Positions 8,128-16,341 of a stretch of DNA of 43,303 bases are shown in pieces. Below the pieces are notes generated by a model. The model was not told where the DNA came from. It did not search any database and saw only the letters and a program-made list of their open reading frames with translations. Origin of the DNA: a virus (taxonomy: Duplodnaviria > Caudoviricetes); the IMG/VR virus record IMGVR_UViG_3300044806_000263, positions 1 to 43,303 of that record. One strand, given 5' to 3'. How positions within the stretch are numbered: position 1 is the first letter of the stretch; every line of letters begins with the position of its first letter. Both the position numbers and the translations under genes were made by a program.

Positions 8128-8361
8128 ATGTCAACTTCCGCGCCCGCAAAACCCATCTGGGCTGGCAACTATGTCTACTACATTCAACCAGCACCAGGAC
8201 ATGAGGTCATCAAACTTGACATCCGCATTGCAAACTACAGCGGTCAAGAAGAAATGTGCAAGATGCAAGCTGAACAAGAGTTTTTCAGTCTCCGCTCGGC
8301 ACTGCCAGCACAGGTAGTTCTGGAAATGTGTCTCAATGGAAAAACCATTTGTAAGGAGTAA
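8128..8361 (+). CDS. Hypothetical early protein (77 aa)
   Basis: AAGGAAAC ribosome-binding site; operon packing. Confidence 0.75.
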   Translation: MSTSAPAKPIWAGNYVYYIQPAPGHEVIKLDIRIANYSGQEEMCKMQAEQEFFSLRSALPAQVVLEMCLNGKTICKE

Positions 8362-8366
8362 AGAGC

Positions 8367-8528
8367 ATGCAATCTTTCATTCTGTCTAACTGGCACAGAT
8401 TCGATTCTGAGTTCCGTATGGCCATGATTGGTCTTGGAATTCAGTTTGAAGCTGACAACCTTGTTTATGCAGATTCAGAGACGGAAGAGGACTCCGACTG
8501 CATGATGTTTATGGGAGGTGAGCTGTAA
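8367..8528 (+). CDS. Small acidic hypothetical protein (53 aa, MQSFILSNWHRF...), absent from the ORF track
   Basis: AAGGAG site upstream; the stop overlaps the next start (TAATG). Confidence 0.65.
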   Translation: MQSFILSNWHRFDSEFRMAMIGLGIQFEADNLVYADSETEEDSDCMMFMGGEL

Positions 8529-8806
8529 TGCTTCATCTTGCCCCATTTACTCTCAACCCCGCGATTTGGGCACCGTATGAAATACAGTTGTCTGCAAACA
8601 CTGTATTCGCGGGCCTGAGTGTCTATGCTGCCACATTCAGACACGCCGACGCACAGATGGTGATTTGTGATGAATACTCGCTGGTTACCTACTACTGCGT
8701 AACCGATGACTTTGGCAATCTCATTCTCTCCTGTCCCATCTGCAAAGCAATCAGCAATTTGCAAACCTATTTCAACTTCATGGCCGAAGCGCGGCAAACA
8801 GTGTAG
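8528..8806 (+). CDS. Hypothetical protein (92 aa)
   Basis: Translationally coupled start; contains a CxxC. Confidence 0.7.
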   Translation: MLHLAPFTLNPAIWAPYEIQLSANTVFAGLSVYAATFRHADAQMVICDEYSLVTYYCVTDDFGNLILSCPICKAISNLQTYFNFMAEARQTV

Positions 8807-8818
8807 GAGGAAACAGCA

Positions 8819-9286
8819 ATGACCACCAAACAATTGATGACTTCTCTGGCTGAGATTCGCGGGCACAATCCGTGCGCAGATGGCTGGAAAAGACTACTTG
8901 AAGCTCACGGACGCAGACAATATGAAGACCAATTTCCACTCGCAGATTGTCTGGTCAGTAATTCGGTGGCTGATGTGCTGTGGTTGATTGGCAAACGAAA
9001 AGTGGAAATTGAAATTGCAGTAAAAGCGGCGAGGAAGTTTGCGGATAGTGTGGCAAAGTATGACAATAAGTGGAGCGAGAGAGCTGCTGCTAATGCTGCT
9101 GCTTATGCTGCTGCTGCTGCTGCTGCTTATGCTGATGCTGCTGCTGCTTATGCTGCTGCTGATGCTGCTGCTGCTGCTGATGCTGCTGCTGATGCTGATG
9201 CTGATGCTGCTGCTGATGCTCAACGAGAAATCAACAAGCAACTACTTCTTGCCGCCATTCGTGAATACGAGGAATCTCACCAATGA
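8819..9286 (+). CDS. Hypothetical protein with poly-Ala/Asp/Tyr tract (155 aa)
   Basis: AGGAGG site; NPCADGWKRLL N-terminal motif followed by an Ala-rich tract. Confidence 0.8.
   Translation: MTTKQLMTSLAEIRGHNPCADGWKRLLEAHGRRQYEDQFPLADCLVSNSVADVLWLIGKRKVEIEIAVKAARKFADSVAKYDNKWSERAAANAAAYAAAAAAAYADAAAAYAAADAAAAADAAADADADAAADAQREINKQLLLAAIREYEESHQ
9083..9220 (+). repeat. (GCT)n coding microsatellite interrupted by GAT, TAT and AAT
   Basis: 46 consecutive codons all ending in T. Confidence 0.9.
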
Positions 9287-9465
9287 TCGCAACTCTCGCA
9301 GTCTCTATCTTTGCTGCCGTCTTACTCTACTGGGTTCTGGATATGTTTATAGACGCACTAGTCTACGAACATCAGGCAGCCCGTGACGCAGCAGTAATCC
9401 TTTCTCTGGCCGCGGCAGCATTCTTTGGAGTTGCTGTGTTTTTGATGTTGAAGGAGTACATGTAA
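9283..9465 (+). CDS. Small membrane protein, two predicted TM helices (60 aa)
   Basis: Two hydrophobic stretches; ATGA overlap with the upstream gene. Confidence 0.7.
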   Translation: MIATLAVSIFAAVLLYWVLDMFIDALVYEHQAARDAAVILSLAAAAFFGVAVFLMLKEYM

Positions 9466-9657
9466 ATGGCGATGATCTACCACACCACTGAACAGCAACG
9501 TGCATTCCAACATGCACGGCAAGAGATGGAAGCAACACCGGAAAAAGAGGTAACAAAGTATACAGTGTTTGGCGAGAAGCCGCCGAAAGTGGAGTTCGAA
9601 TACAGCGATGGGAGTAAGAAAGTGTTTGACGGCCGCAACTGGCACAACGTCAAGTAA
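9466..9657 (+). CDS. Hypothetical protein (63 aa)
   Basis: AAGGAG site; abuts the previous stop. Confidence 0.7.
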   Translation: MAMIYHTTEQQRAFQHARQEMEATPEKEVTKYTVFGEKPPKVEFEYSDGSKKVFDGRNWHNVK

Positions 9658-9681
9658 CTGACGATCAACAGGAGAATCGAA

Positions 9682-9993
9682 ATGACCGGAACTCGCAAGA
9701 ATTGCAACAAGCTCAAGATGGCTGAGCAATTTCAGCTAATCAACTATGTCCAGACCCACTATGTGGTCGCCGACATGCACGACCCAGAATTTGCAGAGAA
9801 AGCAACTGCCGAACTGGGATTCCAAGTGACTGCTGGAAACATTCAAGGGGTACGAGCAGAGTTTGGAATTGAAGCCACCAAGCTCAAGCGGCTGAATGCG
9901 ACTCCAGAACTGATAATTGACAGACTGGAGAAGCTGGAAGCGCAGATGGGGAAAGTGAAAGAAATCCTGGCAAAGTTGGGAGAGAAGGTGTAA
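9682..9993 (+). CDS. Hypothetical protein, possible helix-turn-helix plus coiled coil (103 aa)
   Basis: AGGAG site; FAEKATAELGFQVTAGNIQGVR resembles an HTH; heptad-like C-terminus. Confidence 0.7.
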   Translation: MTGTRKNCNKLKMAEQFQLINYVQTHYVVADMHDPEFAEKATAELGFQVTAGNIQGVRAEFGIEATKLKRLNATPELIIDRLEKLEAQMGKVKEILAKLGEKV

Positions 9994-10002
9994 GTGCAGA
10001 GT

Positions 10003-10024
10003 GGAGACTTCGCGTCTCCCTTTT
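10003..10024 (+). terminator. Weak intrinsic terminator GGAGAC-ttcgc-GTCTCC-cTTTT
   Basis: 6-bp stem with a short T tract right after a stop codon. Confidence 0.55.
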
Positions 10025-10069
10025 ACTGTGCATAGAATAGTTCTGTGTGCAGTGAATAGGAGAAATGAA

Positions 10070-10306
10070 ATGGCAAATGCAGTTACAGTTGAACAAGTTG
10101 ACATGTGGGAAGTGCTGTGTGATTGGTCAGAGCAGGTAGCGGATGGAAAATCCAGTTTTGGTTCCATCATTCCAGTGATGGGTCCGGGAGCTGATTATCT
10201 TTGGCTCACTTACTTCACGGACTGTCACAAGCTGATACCGAACGTGCAGGATAGATTCATGTACCTGTGTTTTCTGCACGAAATGCAACTCACTGGAGAT
10301 TTGTAA
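10070..10306 (+). CDS. Hypothetical protein (78 aa, start reassigned to MANAVTV)
   Basis: AGGAG site precedes the ATG at 10070. Confidence 0.7.
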   Translation: MANAVTVEQVDMWEVLCDWSEQVADGKSSFGSIIPVMGPGADYLWLTYFTDCHKLIPNVQDRFMYLCFLHEMQLTGDL

Positions 10307-10309
10307 ATC

Positions 10310-10516
10310 ATGTACTACATCCGATCTGAATCCCGTGGCTGGTTTCAAGGCTACCAAATACAGGGAGGCAAGATGCTGCCAAAATTTACAACAACTCTGG
10401 AACCTACTGGAAGTGTTGTGTTTTTCACAGAAGCAGCACTTGCCTCAGAAACAGCACTTCAGCTTGGGCTGGATTGTTACGCATACCACATCAGCAGGCT
10501 GACTGCCCGCACGTAA
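10310..10516 (+). CDS. Hypothetical protein (68 aa)
   Basis: GGAG site; operon packing. Confidence 0.7.
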   Translation: MYYIRSESRGWFQGYQIQGGKMLPKFTTTLEPTGSVVFFTEAALASETALQLGLDCYAYHISRLTART

Positions 10517-10526
10517 GGAATTCATC

Positions 10527-10814
10527 ATGGCAAATAACAAATCAGTAACCAATCCCAATCAAATCCGGGCCGCCAATTGGCAAAAAGCTGCCAAGGCGAT
10601 ATTGAATGATGAAAAGACTCTGTATTACTACAGAGCGACCACGGCAGAAGATACCGGAGAATTGAATCCGTATCGTTGGTACCAAAACTCAGAGCTCGGC
10701 GCAATGAATGATTTTGCGCACAGTCGGCGGGTTCCGCTGGACATTCAAGCTCTGTTCTGTCTGTTCATTGCAGAGTTCATTCTTACCGATGGAGAGATTG
10801 ACAATGGAAACTGA
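10527..10814 (+). CDS. Hypothetical protein (95 aa)
   Basis: TAAGGA site; operon packing. Confidence 0.75.
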   Translation: MANNKSVTNPNQIRAANWQKAAKAILNDEKTLYYYRATTAEDTGELNPYRWYQNSELGAMNDFAHSRRVPLDIQALFCLFIAEFILTDGEIDNGN

Positions 10815-11004
10815 AATCGACTTTTGGTGGAACAATCTCAATTTCATGCAGCAAGAATTCTTTACTTGCCAGATCAACAAAGACCCGGAATACTTGGCGA
10901 TGAAAGTAGCCAAGCAAACTTCGCTGCAGAGATACGCATACGAACATCAAATTCTGTACGTGAATCATCCCGACTTTCCTCCCACAATCTACCGTAAGGT
11001 GTAA
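10804..11004 (+). CDS. Hypothetical protein (66 aa, start reassigned to METEIDFWW)
   Basis: GGAG site; short overlap with the upstream gene. Confidence 0.65.
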   Translation: METEIDFWWNNLNFMQQEFFTCQINKDPEYLAMKVAKQTSLQRYAYEHQILYVNHPDFPPTIYRKV

Positions 11005-11009
11005 ACAAC

Positions 11010-11297
11010 ATGCAATCTCCAGATCAGATGAAGTGGCACCTGGATAACTACCCGATCCAGTGTTTGACTGCCCGCAATATCACAAAGTCAATTACCGGAG
11101 TAGAGCCTACGCTGAGAAACCACACTGGCCTGTGGCAGGCAGTTTGGGATATGCTGTACGAACAGATAGCTGAAACCATGGCGCGGTCGTATTCGGATGA
11201 AGTTCACAACCGCCGAATGCTGTTCTGCTGTTTCCTTCTCACAGCACCTGACGAATTTCTCATTCCGTTTATCGAAGAATGGAGCAACAAGCCGTGA
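11010..11297 (+). CDS. Hypothetical protein (95 aa)
   Basis: TAAGG site; operon packing. Confidence 0.75.
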   Translation: MQSPDQMKWHLDNYPIQCLTARNITKSITGVEPTLRNHTGLWQAVWDMLYEQIAETMARSYSDEVHNRRMLFCCFLLTAPDEFLIPFIEEWSNKP

Positions 11298-11815
11298 ACA
11301 TTTTCGCTCTACATCCTGATCCTGCAATCGCCGCTGCTTGGCACTGCGACCAACACATCCACAAAATGATTCTGGAAACAGCTCAGATGCTGTCAACAAT
11401 CGCCAGACTCAAACATCCAGGACATGACAACAACAAGTACCTGTACCAACCGACACACAGAAACCATCCCTGTACAAAATGGATCAGCGAAAGCATTGAC
11501 AATCTCCGATGGGTGGTTGACTTGGCTGCACAGCTAGAGTACACTCGACAAGTTTGTCATGCTAGCGCACAGCACAATAGTGTAGCAGTGATTCATATTG
11601 CTGTTGCCATACTGGTTCCGGAAGAGATTGAACAACAGTTTTGGGACATGACTGGCCGCCCAAAGGACTTTGCGTTAGCTATGCCAGACGCAATCATTCA
11701 GAATCCAGCATTTCCTGATGTACACAGCAAGTACCAGGAATACTACAGACTTAAACAACGACAATGGAAAGGACAAATGACATGGAAAAACAGGCAGAAA
11801 CCAGAGTGGATGTGA
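11294..11815 (+). CDS. Pyrimidine-dimer DNA glycosylase / DenV-like protein
   Basis: NIFxLHPDPxxAAxxHCDQHIHKMILETAQMLST and THxNHPCTKW motifs; GTG start coupled to the upstream stop (GTGA). Confidence 0.8.
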   Translation: MNIFALHPDPAIAAAWHCDQHIHKMILETAQMLSTIARLKHPGHDNNKYLYQPTHRNHPCTKWISESIDNLRWVVDLAAQLEYTRQVCHASAQHNSVAVIHIAVAILVPEEIEQQFWDMTGRPKDFALAMPDAIIQNPAFPDVHSKYQEYYRLKQRQWKGQMTWKNRQKPEWM

Positions 11816-11823
11816 GGTAACGC

Positions 11824-12867
11824 ATGTCACAACTTACTCACAACCTGATTTGTAAATACTCAGGCTTACGAGTTGGGCAGCTGACGTTTTCTACTGTTGC
11901 AGGTGCGGTTCCGTATCTCATGCAATGGTCAGAACTTGTCCCACTTCATCCTGTGTTCAGTCTCAACTACCAGAAACTGCTGGAGTTTAGTAAATCTGAA
12001 TGGAACCGATTGGCGGCACGAACTGTCAACGATGAACTGACAGATGCGGAAGAAGATATTCTGCGAGTCTGTTATCTGGCGCTGCTGCACAAGCTGGATT
12101 GTATCAAACAAGACTGTGAAGCACTGCCACCGATAGCTACTGTACAAGCTACCATCCAACAACTGTTTGCACTGGCGTACTGGAAGTTTCATCTAGAATC
12201 TGCCCGCTTCAGATTTCCAACTCTACATATCAGCAAGTACAATGACAATGCAGATTTCAAGTACATCAAAGACTATCTGGACACATGTTTCAGCATCAAG
12301 AAAGAGTATGAAACCAAAGTCAACGAAGTAGTTGAAGCTGAGAAACTGAAGATCGCCGAAGAGGCACTGAAGAAACTGTCGGGTGAGTGGATAACACCGA
12401 CAAGCAAGAAGTTGCTGTGGAAATGGGTGCGCGCCAATCTGCCCGAAAAGTATCAACCCGATGCAATCGGCTGGCTTGGCACTTTATTTCTTGGATCAAA
12501 CAGCACCATACTGGAGTTCGACAAAGACGATCTGGCACTGGCTGAAGAGATTATTGTGTCCTCTTGTCCGGGCGGCAACAGTATCATGTTCGCAGTCAGA
12601 ACCAGGCTGGACAATATATCCAAAGTCTGGGAACAGCATCACGAGAGTTTCGAGATTCAATTGGACGAACTGGATGAGAGAAGCGGTACACTGGTTAACG
12701 GTGTGCAAATGGATATCCCGCATCCAGGTAATCAGCCACAGCAGAAAGAGTTTGACAGCAAAGGCAAGTATTACGTAGCAGTCGCCAAGTGGGAAGTAGC
12801 AATGGCGGCATGGAAGAAACACGGTAAGCAAGAAGGAACACAAAGTGAGCAACATTCTCAACTCTAA
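11824..12867 (+). CDS. Hypothetical protein (347 aa)
   Basis: Long ORF with GAGG site; no family recognised. Confidence 0.85.
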   Translation: MSQLTHNLICKYSGLRVGQLTFSTVAGAVPYLMQWSELVPLHPVFSLNYQKLLEFSKSEWNRLAARTVNDELTDAEEDILRVCYLALLHKLDCIKQDCEALPPIATVQATIQQLFALAYWKFHLESARFRFPTLHISKYNDNADFKYIKDYLDTCFSIKKEYETKVNEVVEAEKLKIAEEALKKLSGEWITPTSKKLLWKWVRANLPEKYQPDAIGWLGTLFLGSNSTILEFDKDDLALAEEIIVSSCPGGNSIMFAVRTRLDNISKVWEQHHESFEIQLDELDERSGTLVNGVQMDIPHPGNQPQQKEFDSKGKYYVAVAKWEVAMAAWKKHGKQEGTQSEQHSQL

Positions 12868-13045
12868 AGCCAAGCTGCAAAAAGCACTGGGAGAAGTTAC
12901 CCGGCGACTGGCAATTGCGGTTTCCGTACTGGAACAAATCAGGGCTGCACCGCATCCATCCACATGGACAGAAGCGGACAGGGAAAAGTTGAAACAGATT
13001 GTAGATTCTGCAATCGCTGAAGCACGAAAGGATCTGAAGGTATGA
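12845..13045 (+). CDS. Hypothetical helical protein (66 aa)
   Basis: AAGGA site, GTG start, coupled to the next gene. Confidence 0.6.
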   Translation: MSNILNSKAKLQKALGEVTRRLAIAVSVLEQIRAAPHPSTWTEADREKLKQIVDSAIAEARKDLKV

Positions 13046-13299
13046 GCAACACAGACACTTACTGGACTTTGTTCGTTACCATCTCCTGGATGAACGGCAA
13101 AGTAATCTACGGCTACATGCGCATGAATAAAAGTGCAGACATACCGAACTGGGAAGCACAGATAGCTCGCGGAATATCTTCTGCAGCTGCTGCCCAGATA
13201 TTCATGCTGTCTCCGTCATTGACAGACTGGAAACCGACCATGGTGCTGTTGCCGTCTGAGACTTTCAATACTGCACTGTTCCAGATCGAGGAAGCATAA
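13042..13299 (+). CDS. Hypothetical protein (85 aa)
   Basis: ATGA overlap; operon packing. Confidence 0.7.
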   Translation: MSNTDTYWTLFVTISWMNGKVIYGYMRMNKSADIPNWEAQIARGISSAAAAQIFMLSPSLTDWKPTMVLLPSETFNTALFQIEEA

Positions 13300-13302
13300 A
13301 AC

Positions 13303-14991
13303 ATGAGCAACATGCAAGATGTGATGGCGCGAGCACTGGCTGCGGCGAAAGAGAAGCAGCTACCAAAGACTGGTCCGACCATTCAAGAGTTACTGGCAAA
13401 ACCTGTAGCAGTCGCAGCGCCAGTAGTGACAAGCGGCGAATGGCTGTGGAATACTGAACAGGATTCTGCAATCAAGAAGGGCATCTTCGGAGAATCATTT
13501 TGCTTGATCGGCGCAGCAGGTACTGGCAAGACAACCACACTACGCGGGATGCTTTTGCGTATGCTGCAATCTGGTCGCATTCCAATGCTACAGTCAGCTA
13601 CACAATGGCTGTCAGCTAATACACCTGGTGTTGTGTTGCTGTCCTATACCCGTCGGGCGGTGCGAAACATTGCACGGCAAATGCCGAAGGAGTTGCAAGC
13701 ACATTGTCTGACGATTCACAAGCTGCTGGAGTTCGCACCTGAAAAATACTTTGAAACCGACAGCGAGGGTAATCAAGTTACCAAAATGCGATTCGTGCCG
13801 CAAAGAAACAAACAATATCCGCTGCCAAGGGATTTGAAAACCATCATCATCGACGAATCATCAATGGTCAGTACAGACTTAATGGAGTTGTTGCTTGATG
13901 CGCTGCCGAATAGACACAATGTGCAGTTCATATTTCTGGGAGATTTGAATCAGTTGCCGCCGGTGTATGGTAATGCTGTTTTAGGTCGCAGTCTATTGGA
14001 ACTTCCAATCGTAGAGCTGACACAAGTATATCGTCAGGCTCTGGAATCTCCAATCATTGCACTGGCATTGAGTGTCAAGAACAACAACTTCAAACAGTTC
14101 AACATAGATGCTGCTGAACTGTGGGGAGCAGAGAAAGGATTCGATGTCAGAGAGGTGAAGAAGAAGATCACACTGGACAAACCTGGGCGCGGCAAAGTAA
14201 CTCTCCAGCCGTGGAAGGGGAAGTATGAAATGGAAGATGCGCTGCACATGATGTGCGGACAACTGCACAAATGGATTGAGACAGAAGAATACATGCCCGA
14301 CGAAGACATGGTACTTTGTCCGTGGAACAAAGCATTCGGTGCAGATGAGATGAACAAATCCATCGCACAGAAACTGTCAAAGATCAGAGACTTGCCGGTG
14401 TTTGAAGTCATCGCAGGATACAACAAACATTACTTCTCAATTGGCGACAAGCTGTTGGTGGACAAGCAAGAAGCGTTCATCAAGGATATCTATCCCAATC
14501 CAAAGTATGTGGGTAAGAAGCCCGCGAAAGCAAGCAAGAATCTTACTCGCTGGGGTGCTGGTGCGGAACTGGATATGGACGGTGCAACCAGTGTGGACAT
14601 TGACGAACTGTTGCAGAATCTGGCTGACGTTGAAGATCGTACAGCAGAATGCAGCCACGTCATTAAAGTGTTGATGGTCGATACAGACACTGAAGAGTTG
14701 ATTACCAAATCAGCAACCATCAACAATGCACTGTTCGCGTATGTGATTACAGTTCATAAGGCACAGGGCAGTGAGTGTCGGAAGGTATTCTTTCTCACCC
14801 ACAACTGTCACAGCAAGATGTTGTTCAGAGAGTTGGTATATACAGGAGTGACTCGTGCGGCCGAAGAGCTTCACGTTATCTGCTCGCCGATGATGTTTCA
14901 AACAGCAGCAAATCGTCCACGAATCAAAGGAGATACCCTGGCAGCTAAACTGGAGTTCTACGCTGAACGTCTGAAGGAGGAAATGCGATGA
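13303..14991 (+). CDS. RecD/Dda-like SF1B helicase (562 aa)
   Basis: GAAGTGKTT, TIHKLL, IIDESSM, GDLNQLPPV, LTQVYRQ, ITVHKAQGSE and LVYTGVTRA motifs. Confidence 0.93.
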   Translation: MSNMQDVMARALAAAKEKQLPKTGPTIQELLAKPVAVAAPVVTSGEWLWNTEQDSAIKKGIFGESFCLIGAAGTGKTTTLRGMLLRMLQSGRIPMLQSATQWLSANTPGVVLLSYTRRAVRNIARQMPKELQAHCLTIHKLLEFAPEKYFETDSEGNQVTKMRFVPQRNKQYPLPRDLKTIIIDESSMVSTDLMELLLDALPNRHNVQFIFLGDLNQLPPVYGNAVLGRSLLELPIVELTQVYRQALESPIIALALSVKNNNFKQFNIDAAELWGAEKGFDVREVKKKITLDKPGRGKVTLQPWKGKYEMEDALHMMCGQLHKWIETEEYMPDEDMVLCPWNKAFGADEMNKSIAQKLSKIRDLPVFEVIAGYNKHYFSIGDKLLVDKQEAFIKDIYPNPKYVGKKPAKASKNLTRWGAGAELDMDGATSVDIDELLQNLADVEDRTAECSHVIKVLMVDTDTEELITKSATINNALFAYVITVHKAQGSECRKVFFLTHNCHSKMLFRELVYTGVTRAAEELHVICSPMMFQTAANRPRIKGDTLAAKLEFYAERLKEEMR

Positions 14992-15284
14992 CATCTACCG
15001 GAGAGAGCAAAGTTATCTCTCTGTTCTATGCGCAAGAATCAATCTGGTCACTAATGCGGAGAGTAACAGCAGAGTTCGAAGAGAAACACAGATTCAAACC
15101 GACCCATGGATTATTGCACAGTAGATACGCAGCAGTGTTGACACAGACAGAAGTTGAAACTTGCGGAGGATTCGAATACAAAGGAGTTCACTGGCACATA
15201 GTTCACTTCGGCGATACCGACCCGCACAATCTCACAGAACTGTGTGTGGCGGATAGCAATCTCAAAATCTTTCACGGAATCTAG
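14988..15284 (+). CDS. Hypothetical protein (98 aa)
   Basis: AGGAGG site; ATGA overlap. Confidence 0.75.
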   Translation: MTSTGESKVISLFYAQESIWSLMRRVTAEFEEKHRFKPTHGLLHSRYAAVLTQTEVETCGGFEYKGVHWHIVHFGDTDPHNLTELCVADSNLKIFHGI

Positions 15285-15293
15285 GAGTACATC

Positions 15294-15524
15294 ATGGCAA
15301 AAACCAAAATCACCATCAACGAAGAAGATGTTGGCAAGCTGGTAGATCTGAAAATGGATCTCCGTGCCGTGGAATCAGCCTGTAAAACATCTGCAATGGG
15401 AGGAACTCTTACTGTACTGGGAGGTCCGACGCTGGCGATCCCTGCCAATGTGATGTATTTTCTACTATCCTCCTATCGAGATAAACTGAAAGGAGACATT
15501 GCCACTCTTATTTCTGCCCCGTAA
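15294..15524 (+). CDS. Hypothetical protein (76 aa)
   Basis: TAGGAG site. Confidence 0.75.
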   Translation: MAKTKITINEEDVGKLVDLKMDLRAVESACKTSAMGGTLTVLGGPTLAIPANVMYFLLSSYRDKLKGDIATLISAP

Positions 15525-15545
15525 ACAGCGCGCCCATGCACCCTA

Positions 15546-15574
15546 TTGACAACGGTGTGCGCCTCCTGTACCAT
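15546..15574 (+). promoter_or_regulatory. Sigma70-type promoter TTGACA-N17-TACCAT
   Basis: Consensus -35 with 17-nt spacer in an intergenic gap; shares CCCTATTGAC with the promoter at 7746. Confidence 0.75.
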
Positions 15575-15633
15575 CGCTGTTCCCTTGGTGTTCAAGGGTT
15601 CCGCAACCAACTCATTCACTGAAAGCAAACCAA

Positions 15634-16341
15634 ATGTCTGAAGACCAAACCAACCAAGCCGCCGAACAAACCACTCAAGTTCTGCCGCCGAACGCGCGCA
15701 AGATCAAGTTCTTCTACAAGACCATCGACATCAAGGACGATGAAGGCAATGTGATTGCCAAAGACTTCAAGCATCCTGATGTGGAAGGTGTTCTGCAAGT
15801 TCCGACGAAAGAAGAAATCGTCACTTCGCTGAACAGCACTGACACTGAAGGAAATCCCACGAAGGTCGCAGCAATGCTGATTGACTGGGTGCATGAACTG
15901 GTGGAACGTGCGGCAAAGGCACAAGTTCTGGGCTGGCGCGAAGATCAGCCGCCGAAGTCTGTGTTCAAGTTCACTGACTTTGACTTTTCCAAACTGACTC
16001 TGGAAGCAATCAGCAACATTCCGAAGGGCCAACGTGGTGCTTGGGCTCCTGGTGATGATGACCTGAAGGCGTTCAATGAAGTGTACGCTGATGTCATGAT
16101 CAACAAGGTGAGCTACGACGAAAAGAAAGTCAAGGTTCACACTGCCCACTTCGCGAAGGGCCTGATGAAGATGAAGACTGACAAGGCAGCTCTGGCCAAG
16201 ATGGTGGAACTGCTGACGGCTTTCGCATCTGCAACTTCGGAAGAAGCCATGGAAGAAGTGGCTGACACCTACAACTGGCTGCGTGAAAAGGCCAAGAAGT
16301 ACATGGAGTACACGCCGAAGAACTTCGCTGAAGGTCTGTAA
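15634..16341 (+). CDS. Hypothetical protein (235 aa), probably highly expressed
   Basis: Own promoter; strongly biased codon use (AAG, TTC, AAC, GCT). Confidence 0.85.
   Translation: MSEDQTNQAAEQTTQVLPPNARKIKFFYKTIDIKDDEGNVIAKDFKHPDVEGVLQVPTKEEIVTSLNSTDTEGNPTKVAAMLIDWVHELVERAAKAQVLGWREDQPPKSVFKFTDFDFSKLTLEAISNIPKGQRGAWAPGDDDLKAFNEVYADVMINKVSYDEKKVKVHTAHFAKGLMKMKTDKAALAKMVELLTAFASATSEEAMEEVADTYNWLREKAKKYMEYTPKNFAEGL

Noticed and set aside
8391-8406. Further sigma54 site TGGCACAGATTCGATT
   Set aside because: No GC at the -12 position and it lies inside a coding sequence.
8894-9386. Poly-Ser and poly-Leu/Met ORFs
   Set aside because: These are alternative frames of the GCT microsatellite.
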